DNA from: an uncultured Gemmataceae bacterium | GTDB lineage: Bacteria; Planctomycetota; Planctomycetia; Gemmatales; Gemmataceae | Reading direction: 5' to 3' | NCBI GenBank assembly: GCA_963750165.1 | Contig: CAVVPN010000011.1 | Coordinates: 672,001-736,000 of the forward strand | Length of the DNA stretch: 64,000 nucleotides | Part shown: piece after piece, positions 30,198 through 40,100 of the stretch | Position numbering within the stretch: position 1 is the first letter of the stretch | Layout of the letters: every line of letters starts with the position of its first letter | Notes under the pieces: model-generated | What the model was told of the DNA's origin: nothing | The model's database searches: none | Seen by the model: the letters and a program-made list of their open reading frames with translations, nothing else | Program-made: the position numbers and the translations under genes

Positions 30198-31358
30198 TCA
30201 CGCGGGCTTCTGCCGCCGTTCCTGGCCGGCCTCCTGGGTCTGTTCAGGCGTCCTGGCGAGCAACGGCGGCAGCGTCCAGACCGTCTTGCCGATGTCCTCA
30301 AGCCCCAGGTCGTTGTACAGGTCGGCCGTCAGCTTGATGGTACTGTGCCGCATGAGCCGCTGCACCACTTCGATGGGGTGCCGCTTGCTCATCCACGTGC
30401 AGAAGGTGTACCGGAGTGAGTGGAAGTCCGCCCAGCGGCCGCGCTCGTCCTGGCGGACGATGCCGGCATTCTTGAGGTGCTCCTTGAACGTCTGGATGTG
30501 GGGGACGGTCAGGAGGGGGGCGGCCGGGGCCATAACCCGCCACCGCGGCAGCAGGGCTTGAGCGCAGTCGGGCAGCATGGGCAGCTCACCCCCCTGGCCG
30601 TTCTTCGTGATCTCCGGCCGCACGTGCCAGCGCGGCCGGTCGCCCTCCGGCGCCGCGTCTACCCGGGTCATCTGCTCCAGTTCCTTCCGGCGGAAGCCGC
30701 TGAACACCGCGACCTCGTAGCAGCGGCGGTGCTCGTCGCCGGCGGCCGCGCACAGGCGCTGGAACTCCTCCGGGGTCAGGGCGCGGCGGATGCGGCGCCG
30801 CCCTTTCTGGCCTACCTTGACCTGCTTGATGTTGGCGATCGGGTTGGACGCCAGCCACCCCTGCTGACAGCACCAGTTGAGGAACGCCTTGAGCTTTGCC
30901 TGGTGACCGTGCTGTGTCCGGGGCGCCTTGCCCGCCTCGGCCAGGTCCGCGAGGTAGCGGCTGAAGTGGTCGGCCCGGATGTCGGCCAGGCAGGTCCAGT
31001 TGCAGGCGGTGGCGATCTTGGTGAGGATGCGGCCTGCCTCGGCGACGTGCTTGCCGTCTGCGGGGCTGCCGCGGCGGACCAGTTCGCGCTGGTGCTCAAT
31101 AATCACCTCGGCAATCGGGCGGCGGGCCTCACCCTGGATCAGTCCCAGGTGTTCGCCAGTGACCTCGGCGTACAGTGGCTGCAGGCCAGCCTTCAGGCGG
31201 GCCACGTCCTCGACCAGCTTGCGGCCCAGGGTGCGGCTGGCGGCCCCGTCCTTGAAGGCGGGGATGGTTCGGGGGCGGTCGTGCTGGTCTACGAACTCGA
31301 TCCGGTATTTCTTGCGGCCGGTGGGCTTGAAGCAGCTGAACTTGTCGCCTTTCGCCAT
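30198..31358 (-). CDS. Tyrosine recombinase/integrase of the island
   Basis: SGFRRKEL, TKN, DFHSLRYTF, LMRHSTIKLTADLY; adjacent to att. Confidence 0.95.
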   Translation of the reverse strand: MAKGDKFSCFKPTGRKKYRIEFVDQHDRPRTIPAFKDGAASRTLGRKLVEDVARLKAGLQPLYAEVTGEHLGLIQGEARRPIAEVIIEHQRELVRRGSPADGKHVAEAGRILTKIATACNWTCLADIRADHFSRYLADLAEAGKAPRTQHGHQAKLKAFLNWCCQQGWLASNPIANIKQVKVGQKGRRRIRRALTPEEFQRLCAAAGDEHRRCYEVAVFSGFRRKELEQMTRVDAAPEGDRPRWHVRPEITKNGQGGELPMLPDCAQALLPRWRVMAPAAPLLTVPHIQTFKEHLKNAGIVRQDERGRWADFHSLRYTFCTWMSKRHPIEVVQRLMRHSTIKLTADLYNDLGLEDIGKTVWTLPPLLARTPEQTQEAGQERRQKPA

Positions 31359-31909
31359 GAATGAACCTCCTTCGCACGCCGCCGTCCGACGCGGAGTGAT
31401 GCGTCTCAAGGTGATATGCCCACTTTCCCCCTGGCGGGTTGGTCGGGCACGGTGTTCAACCCGTGGTTGTTTCGCTGATCGGCTGGATAACCGGCCCACG
31501 CTGCACAGCTTGCGCGGTCAACAAATCCAGACCTGAGTGTGGCGGGTTCCGATAGCCACGTCTTGGACCTTCCGCCAGAAGGTTAGGTAGTGGTTAGGGT
31601 TGGTTTGGTGGTCTCACCACCAAACCAACCCATTATCGGCCACCCGTGTGCGCGGGCAAGCTCAGTAGTTTTCGCCCGACGCCAGCGCAAATGACCGGGC
31701 GATCCTCGCCCTCCGCTGGCTGCAGATCGGCGTTCATGCGGAGCGATCGGTGGACACGCCCGCGACGGAGGACGAACGCCGGGCCGCCCATGTCGCGATG
31801 CACGACCCTGGCCTATTTCGACGCCCGCTGCATCCTTGAACCCACCGTGAAATCCGATACATCATCGGCATCCAGTGTGAACTTGCCACCTCCCGCCGAG
31901 GAGTAGCCC

Positions 31910-33724
31910 ATGTCCGAGCCGCGCACGTCCCGGCCCAAAAAAGCTCCGCACAACCCGCTGCTGCAATCGACCAGCCCGGCGCTGGCGGCGGACATCCTGG
32001 CGGAGGCGCAGTCGAGCCGGGTGGTGCTGCAGGAGTTCGTGCCGCTGGCCGAGAGCCTGGAGTGGGAGCTGGGCCAGGAGTACCTGCGCCAGCGCGGCAA
32101 CAAGGCGTTCATCGCCGACGCCAGCCCCGTCCCCTTCGTCATCAACAACGACGGCACCCTCTCGCGCCACGCCGCCGATGTCCTCTTCGCCTCCCTCGAA
32201 GCAGCTGAACAGCAGGGCGCGCTGGAGGACGAGATTTTCGTGCTGGAGCTGGGCATCGGCGTGGGGCTGTTCGCCCGCTACTTCCTCGACCACCTCCGCG
32301 ACCTGTGCGCCGAGCACGGCAAGGACTACTACGACCGGCTCTGCTACGTCGCGGCGGATCGCTCCGAGCGCATGCTTTTGGACGTGTGCCGCCACGGCGT
32401 GCTGGCCCAGCACCCCGGCCGCTACCGCCTCCGCCTCGTCGATGCAGTGGAGCCGGGCAAGCACCTGCCGCGCGACGTGTGTTTCCGCAAGGCGGGTAAA
32501 CAGCCGCTGCGGGCGGTGTTCCTGAACTACCTGCTGGACTGCCTGCCGGCGGCCGTGCTGGAGGTGCAGGGCGAGCAGGTCCGCCAGCTGCACGTGCGCA
32601 CCTGCCTGGCGCGGAACGTGCGGCTGGAGGACTACTCCGACCTCAAGGCCGACGCCCTGGTCAAGCGCCTGAAGGACAAGGACCCGACGGCCAAGCGCGA
32701 CCTGTTGGAGGTGTACGGGCTGTGCGCCTCGGAGTACGACTACCGGCCCGTGGACGTGAAGCAGCTGCCGCACGGGGAGTTCGCGCTGGCGTTCGGCCAG
32801 GGCAAGACCAACCGCATCCTGAACAGCTACGGGGCCATCCAGAGTTTGGAGCGACTCCTGGAGTTGGTGCGGGACGACGGCTTCATCCTGATGAACGACT
32901 ACGGGCAGACGCAGCTCTCCAAGGAGGACGAGTTCGAGCACCAGCGCTTCAGCCTGGCCACCTTCGTCGGCGTCAACTTCCCCCTGCTCGGCGCCTACTT
33001 CGGGGACAAGCCCGGCGTCACCTAGCTGGACCCGATGAACGAGGAGAGCAGCATCCACGCCCGGTTGCTGGGCCGCAAGGTGGCGCACGCGGCGCAGGAG
33101 CGCTTCGCCGAGCGCTTCGGCCAGAAGGCGCAGGAGAAGCTGCAGGAGCCGCTGCAGAAGGCGCGGGCCTGCGGGCGCGTGGGGCGGTTCGAGCTGGCCG
33201 CCGACTTCTACCGCCAGGCCCTCAAGCAGCAGCCGGCCAACTGGGTGCTGCTCAACGAAATCTCGATGTTTCTGACGTTCTCGCTGCGCGACCCGAAGGC
33301 GGGGGTGGACCTGGCCAAGGTGGCGCTGGCGCTGAACCCGACGCTGTCCGGCGAACTGTGGAACACGCTGGGCGACGGGCTGTTCGAGTGGGGCCGCACC
33401 GCCGAGGCCGCGTCGGCGTACCGGCAGGCGCTGCGGGTCAACGAGGCCGACGTGCGGGCGCGCTACAACCTGGCGTGGTGCCACCAGCGCGACCGCGACT
33501 TCCCGGCGGCGCTCGGGGTGCTGGCGGAGGCGCTGGGGCTGGACAAGACGGGGGAGTACCGCGAGCGGCTGCTGCACAAGCTGCAGGAGGTGCTGGGCCA
33601 GCAGGCGCAGCGGCATCAGCAGGAGTACCTGCGGTTGGTCAACCTGGTCAGCAAGTACGCCCCCAGCGACACCGACGAGCGGCCCCGGCCCGACCACGAC
33701 GGCGGCGGGCCGCGGCCGGACTGA
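31910..33724 (+). CDS. MidA/NDUFAF7-like SAM methyltransferase fused to TPRs, in-frame TAG at 33023-33025
   Basis: VLELGIGVGLFA..YVAADRS; both ORFs in same frame; TPR LWNTLGDGL..ARYNLA. Confidence 0.75.
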
Positions 33725-33766
33725 GCGGCGCGGCGGGGGCACTTCTTGCGTGGGGGAGGGACGGCG

Positions 33767-34600
33767 ATGAGCCTGGCGCAGATTTTGGGGCTGCAGCAGG
33801 GGGCGGGGGTGGCGGGGGCGGAGCCGCCCGGCGCGGAGGCGGACGTGTCGGTGCTGGCGCCGCCGGGGCTGGTCTCGGTGCTGGTGCCGTGCTGCGGTCA
33901 GCTGGAGTACACAAGGCTGTGCGTGCCGGCGCTCTTGCGGCACAGCCGCGCCCCCGTGGAGTTCGTCTTCCTGGACGTGGGCTCGCTGGACGGCACGGCG
34001 GAGTACCTGGCCGGGGTGCAGGCGGCGGCGGGTGCGCGCGTGGAGGTGGTGCGGACGGGGACCGACCGGGGGCTGGGCCAGGCGGTGGCCGAGGCGCTGG
34101 GGCGTTGCCGCGGCGAGTACGTGGTGCTGCTGAACAACGACACGGTGGTGCCGGAGGGCTGGCTGCAGCAGCTGACGGGGCTGGCGGCGCTGTCGCCGGC
34201 GCTGGGGCTGGTCGGCCCGATGTCGAACTACGCGGCGGCGCCGCAGCTGGTGGAGGCGGTGCCCTACCGGGTGGGGCCGCGGCGCGGGCCGCAGGCGGGC
34301 AGCTGGCTGGTGGATGCCGCGGAGGTGCAGGCGTTCGCGCGGAAGTGGCAGCAGGAGCACAAGGGCAAGTGGCACGAGGCGGAGCGCCTGGGCGGCTTCT
34401 GCCTGCTGGTCAAGCGGGCGGTGCTGGAGAAGGTCGGGCCGCTTGAGAGCGAGGCGGGGCTGGGGTTGTTCGACACCGACGTGCTGGGGGCGAAGGCGCG
34501 GCGGGCGGGGTACACGCTGGCGGTGTGCAAGGACCTGTTCGTCCACCACTTCGGCAGCCGCACCTTCGCCCACGGCGGGCCGGCGAGCGAGGCCCGCTGA
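33767..34600 (+). CDS. Glycosyltransferase family 2
   Basis: VSVLVP, DVGSLDGT, GEYVVLLNNDTVV, GFCLLV, FVHHFGS. Confidence 0.92.
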   Translation: MSLAQILGLQQGAGVAGAEPPGAEADVSVLAPPGLVSVLVPCCGQLEYTRLCVPALLRHSRAPVEFVFLDVGSLDGTAEYLAGVQAAAGARVEVVRTGTDRGLGQAVAEALGRCRGEYVVLLNNDTVVPEGWLQQLTGLAALSPALGLVGPMSNYAAAPQLVEAVPYRVGPRRGPQAGSWLVDAAEVQAFARKWQQEHKGKWHEAERLGGFCLLVKRAVLEKVGPLESEAGLGLFDTDVLGAKARRAGYTLAVCKDLFVHHFGSRTFAHGGPASEAR

Positions 34601-35060
34601 GCGCGGATGCGGCGGTGGTGGTTGAGCGTGTCCTGTGAAGTCTGCGGTTGTCAGGCGCTACCGTTGTGAAGCAAGTCGCCATGAACTATCGTTCACCCAG
34701 AGAGTATGAAAATGGGGTGTTGACGCCCATTGTCCTCCTTTTTTCAGAGTAGGGGTTCACCCTGCGCTGGAACCCCGGCATTGAGCGCCTGGACGGCCTG
34801 CGAGCAGGTGTCCAAGTCGTATTACGATTTTCAAAATCGTGTTATTGGGTCCTGACACCTTTTCTTTTCGCGAGATGCGCAGGGCATCGCAAACTTCCTT
34901 CTTGGTCAGCATGTGGTTCTCCTTCATGCGAAAAGAGGGGTTCGCTGTCGGGAGAACTGATAGAGCGCTCAAAAAGGCACTGCAAATGTTTCTGGACGTT
35001 TTTTGCCAAGAAGTTGGATGAAGACGGCGAGAACGAAGACGGCGGGATGATCGACGTGCT

Positions 35061-35218
35061 TTCGACGTTTGGACGTTCAGGCGTAACGGCGTAACGGCGT
35101 ATCGGCGTCGGGTGGGCTGGCGTGACCTTGGCGGCGTGGTCGCCGGAACGCCGAAAACGCCGGAACGTCGAAAGGTAGCGGTGGCTTCGGACGTTCAGGC
35201 GTAAGGGCGTAACGGTGT
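35061..35218. repeat. Arrays of 8-bp periodic (G/A)CGT-core repeats
   Basis: ttcgacgt ttggacgt tcaggcgt aacggcgt aacggcgt atcggcgt plus inverted units. Confidence 0.75.
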
Positions 35219-35744
35219 GGCAGGCGATCACGAGCGGCTAATAACCGGACCCGTGCAGGTGTACCACGCTTTGAACCGTTCCGGGGAGAAGTGCTTGCCG
35301 TGGTTGGCGTTGGCGGCGGTTGTTGTGGTGCTGTTCCAAGAAGCGAGCGGCAGGGCCAGGCAAACGCTTCTCTGGCGGGCGGGCTAATAACGCTGCGGGA
35401 GAGTGATCATGGCCGACGCCCTTGCTGGGCATCGGGGCCATCATGGTCGGCCTCGTAGTCCGTCTGCTGGTATTCATCTTGCTGGCCTGGCTGGTCTGGC
35501 GCTGGCTCTTCCAGGACCGTCAGAAGCCGGATGACGAAATCGGCGGCTTCCCGAATCTGCTGCTTCATCTGCTCGTTCATGGTGTGCCTCTCCCTTCTTC
35601 TGATCACGTCCGTTGTCGTCCATCTACTTCCATGACATCGAACTTAATCAGGCCGTTCGGTGTCGGACCAGTAAGGTACGGATTTCGCAGAAGGGTCAAA
35701 CCACGAAATAGAACATGCCTTTCAACCCCAGGAGAGCCACCGCC

Positions 35745-36470
35745 ATGACCGAAAACGCCGCCAACTTCGAGGCGCACAACGGAAGGGCGAAATCCGCCAT
35801 CGTCGCCCAGATCGTCCGCATCGTTCGGCGTGCTGGCCTCGACTACGCTGGCTGGCGCTATGTTGCCAAGCAGGTTCGCAAGGAATGCGACCTGCGCCCG
35901 GCGAAGAAGGGGCGCAAGCTCCCCCGCATTCTCCACACCGACGACTTCCGCAAGTTCTACAAAGCAGTGGATCAGGCTGAAGACGTGCAGCATAGCCTCA
36001 TGTTGCGGCTCATGTTCTTCACCGCCGTCCGGGTCAGCGAGCTATGCAACATCCTTGTGGCCGATGTGGACCTGGAAGCCTGCAAGATCAGGATCAACCA
36101 GGGCAAGGGCAGCAAGGACCGCTACGTCCTCTTCGGCAAGAGCTTCGCCACCGCCCTGCGGACGCACATCGCAGCGCATCCCAGCAACCGCTACCTGTTT
36201 CAGACCCGACGCAACACGAGATTCACGGCCCGCCGTGTTCAGCAGATCGTCCGGTACTACGCTGACCGTGCTGGTGTGAACGCCACGCCGCACACGTTCA
36301 GGCATCAGGCGATTTCGTGGCTGACGAAGCATTCGGGCCTGGCTGACGCCGAGTTGCAACTCATCACGGGCCATGCTCACCGTGAGACGCTGGCGATCTA
36401 CCAGCACGTTGCCCTGGATGGCGAGCTTGAGCAGCGCTACCAGGAAGCGATGAAGAAGGTGGACCTGTGA
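35745..36470 (+). CDS. Small XerD-like tyrosine recombinase (resolvase type)
   Basis: TAVRVSEL, GKGSKDRYV, TPHTFRH, GHA....IY. Confidence 0.93.
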   Translation: MTENAANFEAHNGRAKSAIVAQIVRIVRRAGLDYAGWRYVAKQVRKECDLRPAKKGRKLPRILHTDDFRKFYKAVDQAEDVQHSLMLRLMFFTAVRVSELCNILVADVDLEACKIRINQGKGSKDRYVLFGKSFATALRTHIAAHPSNRYLFQTRRNTRFTARRVQQIVRYYADRAGVNATPHTFRHQAISWLTKHSGLADAELQLITGHAHRETLAIYQHVALDGELEQRYQEAMKKVDL

Positions 36471-36475
36471 GCGGG

Positions 36476-36551
36476 GACGCCTGAACGCCGGAACGCCTAA
36501 ACGCCGGAAGTCACGAGCTTTGGACGTTCCGGCGTAAGGACGTAACGGCGT
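36476..36551. repeat. Second 8-bp periodic array
   Basis: acgcctga acgccgga acgcctaa acgccgga ... ttggacgt tccggcgt aaggacgt aacggcgt. Confidence 0.75.
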
Positions 36552-36719
36552 AGATGGTCCCAACGTTGCAAAGTTTCATCGACCGAACTCGGATGCGAGA
36601 GCTACCAGGCTGGTTCCATAGCCGGGCCTGGTGGAACGCAGACGCCCTCGTCTTCTTTCCAAAGTCGCCGCTACGCCGTTGAGCGAGGCCGAGCGGTAGG
36701 TCCATTTGGGTGGCGATTC

Positions 36720-37160
36720 TTACGGATTACAAGTCCATGTAACAACCAGGTCGGAAATCACTACGTCACCGCCTTGTTCAGTCACTGTGGCTCGCTTCCG
36801 GGAAATCAAATCCGGGCCTAGGCGTTCTCCAATAATGATCTTGTTGTTTTCCATATAAAACTTCACGACCGGATGAGGATCAAAGACGTTCACTTCCTGA
36901 TGGGCCTTGTCCGGCTTTTTCACAGTGCGCAATCCCCCGTCATCGATTACCCACCACCGCTTGATTATCCCGCCGATACTCGCAAACTCGATATCACCAT
37001 TCTCGGCTTCAGCAATGCAGATCTTTTCAAACGTAGGGTTTTCTGAAACTGACGCTTTGTATGTGACAAGCAAGTATTCCAGGAACTCAGGCGTTCGGTA
37101 GAAACGCCACAGCTCCGAGAGTTTCCTTGCTACCAGATCGGATAGAGTCGATTCATTCAT
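36720..37160 (-). CDS. Putative immunity protein
   Basis: Low-GC 146-aa ORF starting 1 nt after toxin stop. Confidence 0.75.
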   Translation of the reverse strand: MNESTLSDLVARKLSELWRFYRTPEFLEYLLVTYKASVSENPTFEKICIAEAENGDIEFASIGGIIKRWWVIDDGGLRTVKKPDKAHQEVNVFDPHPVVKFYMENNKIIIGERLGPDLISRKRATVTEQGGDVVISDLVVTWTCNP

Positions 37161-37161
37161 G

Positions 37162-40100
37162 TCAAAGCCCTGATGCCAAGGTCCTCTCAACAACCTCCAT
37201 GAAACGGCTATGCTGAGCCGGAGTGAATATCCCCGATTCAACTGCCCTTGTCAGACCAGCAGTCTCAAGAGCTTCGGCAGTCCATACGCCAGGTCGAACA
37301 TACTGCCCGGCCGCAAGATCAAAAACACGACCCTGGTATTGATAGGCAACGTGGTCAACGCCTCCACCAACACTAAAACCAAGTCGCTCTCCGCCTGGAA
37401 GCAGGCGTCTGAGTTCAGCGACAGATTGCTCACAGTCGATTACCCTGGCACCACTGCGATTAGTAGTGCGACCAACATTTCGAGCTTGTTGCATTGCGAG
37501 CCGCTCAGTTTGGCTCAACCCTGCAATTAGCTCTTGCGTTGTCTGGACATAGCGGTGCAGGACGGTGTGGGCATTTCCGGCGTATTGTGAGAAGCCAGGA
37601 ACGGTTCCTAATAACCGAGCGGCTTCGGCAGAGTTGCCGTTTCTGTATGCCAACGCAATTTGTTCAGAAATCTCAGCAAGAGATGCTCGACTTGGGATTG
37701 GTTGACCGGCTCGTTGTAGCGTTGTTCGGATGGTATTCATCACGTCACCGCCGCAAATCGTATTATGCGCCAGACCGAGAAGCCCCACTCCCGACTACCT
37801 ACAAAGTAAGTGTGATAGTCGCTAACCCGCAGGTTATAGACCGTGGCGACTTCGTTCAGGTCGGTGACGGCTTCGACGGTGACCCATTGGCCGTCATGTG
37901 AGGAGACCTGATCGCCTGTCTCAATCTCCTTCGCACTGATCCACCCCTTGCCGCGCACAAAAAACGGGTGTTCCCGCGTCGTGCGTATTTCGCGGCCACG
38001 CACGCGCAAGCTCATGATCAGCGCTTCGCGCACGAACGTCCGTTCGACAACTTTAACCTCAACCGGTCCATCGCAGTCTTCTTCCGTTCGCGACAGGATT
38101 TCGTCACCGACCTGGAACTCTTCGATAGGTTTCTCACCGTCAGGTGTTAGCAGCAGTGTCCCAGCAACGAAACAGGAGTTCAAGACCCGAAGCGCTTCGG
38201 CAATCTGCCCCCGCTGTGCTGCGATCCGGGTTAGTCGGAATACATTATTAGTTCCTTGCGCCTCTGCTGTCAATCTCGCTTCCGCCTGAAGCAAACGCCT
38301 CGCCGCTTCCTCGCGGGTGGCTGGGAAAGTAACGGTCTTTCCGGCGAACGGCGCGGCTAACTCAAGCCCAATCGCAAGCACTTCTGCGGTATTCGCAGCC
38401 TTATCACCGAATTCCTTTCGGATTTCCCGAATCGACCACCGCTCCTTGCCCGTAATATCACTGTGCAGTCCTTCCAACCCACGATAAACCAGGAACCACC
38501 CGAAGGGATTTCCTGTGAGTCCCGCCTTTGCTCCCCCAACGATGAGTGCCATGTTCCCGCCAGCGCTCAAAAACTTCGGCCCGTTTTCCTTCACATCAGC
38601 CCAAAGAGCAGACATCATCCCCGAAACGCTCCCGTACTGTTTATCTTTGTTGCTAGCATTGCCAGCGTGTGCGGCTTCTCGCTCGTCCAAGGCGGCTTTC
38701 TTGGCCGCTGCCGCTGCTTTTTGTGCCGCGATGTCATTCTCGTACTTTTGTTTCTGCGTCGGGCCTAACGGCTTCTCCTCTCTGACAGGAAGGGCATAGT
38801 TTATCCGCCCACCGTCTGCTTGGGTTGAGGCGAGAGGTTGTTTGGCCTGGCGGCTGGCGTTGTAATCCCCAGTGAAAACTCGTCCAAGGTGAGACTCGAA
38901 CAACTCCCGGAAAGCTACCACAGCCTCACCTGAGGATATGGAGGGGCTGATAATGGCAACCGGATATCGACCCTCCCACTCAGCGTGGCTATTGGAGAAA
39001 TAAGAACCACCAGATCGAATTACCCCCCCTCGTGCGGCAAACCATTTGTAGTAATCCCGAGTAGTCGAGTTATTCTCGAGGTAGAGACGGACACTCCCCT
39101 CGGTCCAATCTAATCCACTGGGGTCCGTTGCGTTCGTCGGGTCGTTGTTGGCGTATCTGTAGAGGTTGCTGTCGCCCGCGTCGAAGCCGAGCGGATCCTG
39201 GCTGATCCAGCGCCCGGTGGGCGCGTCGTAGTAGCGGCCGCGGTTGTACTGGAAGCCTGTCGCGGCGTCGAACTCGCGGCTGGTGTACTGGTAGCGGCCC
39301 GTCCAGGTGCTGTCCGTCTGGCTGACCACGTTGCCGTAACCGTCGTAGACGATCGTGTCCTTCAGCGCGCCCGTACCGTCGATCACGTCGCGCACCGACC
39401 CCTGCCGGTCCGTCAGCAGCCAGGCCACCGTCCCGGCCGCCGCCTCCCGCGCGAACACCTGGTCCACGCCGTCGCCGTCCAGGTACCTTGTTGTCAAAGA
39501 GCTGGAGCCGTTCAGGTCGGCCCACACCGCGAAGTTGGTGTTGTCGCTGGCGCTGCCCCGGGCCGGATCCCAGCCGTCCAGGGCGTAGCGCTGCACCGTA
39601 TCGACCACGCCGTCGCCGTTGCTGTCGATGTCCTGCTCGATGCGGTTGCCGTAGGCATCATACTTGAACGTCGTGCGGGAGAGAAGGGTGCCGCCGTCGG
39701 TGGCGCGGTCCTCGGCCCAGAGCAGTTCGTTCTTCTGGTCGTAGCCGTAAGTCCAGGTCTCGGCGCTGGAACCCTTGCTCTTCTTGGTCAGGTTGCCCTC
39801 GGCGTCGTAGGTGTACGTCCACGTCCCGTCCGTGGTCAGTTCGTTGCCCGTGCCCGTGCTGTAGCCCGTGTTGGTGCGGTTGCCCGTGCCGTCGTACGTG
39901 AAGCTGTTCGTGCCATCGGCGGTTAACTCGTTGTCGGCGTCGTAGGTGTAGCTGGTCGTGGTGCCGCCCTTGGTCTCGCTGGTGACGTTGCCGGCCGCGT
40001 CGTAGGTGTAGGTGTACTGCGCCACGGTGACGCCGCCGCCGTCCACGTCCAGCAGGCCCGTCACCTGCCCGGCCGCGTCGTAGCTGTAGAGCGAAGCGCT

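Noticed and set aside
35745..36470. Integron integrase serving the attC sites
   Set aside because: Too short, no IntI-specific insertion visible, and 13 kb away inside a separate island.
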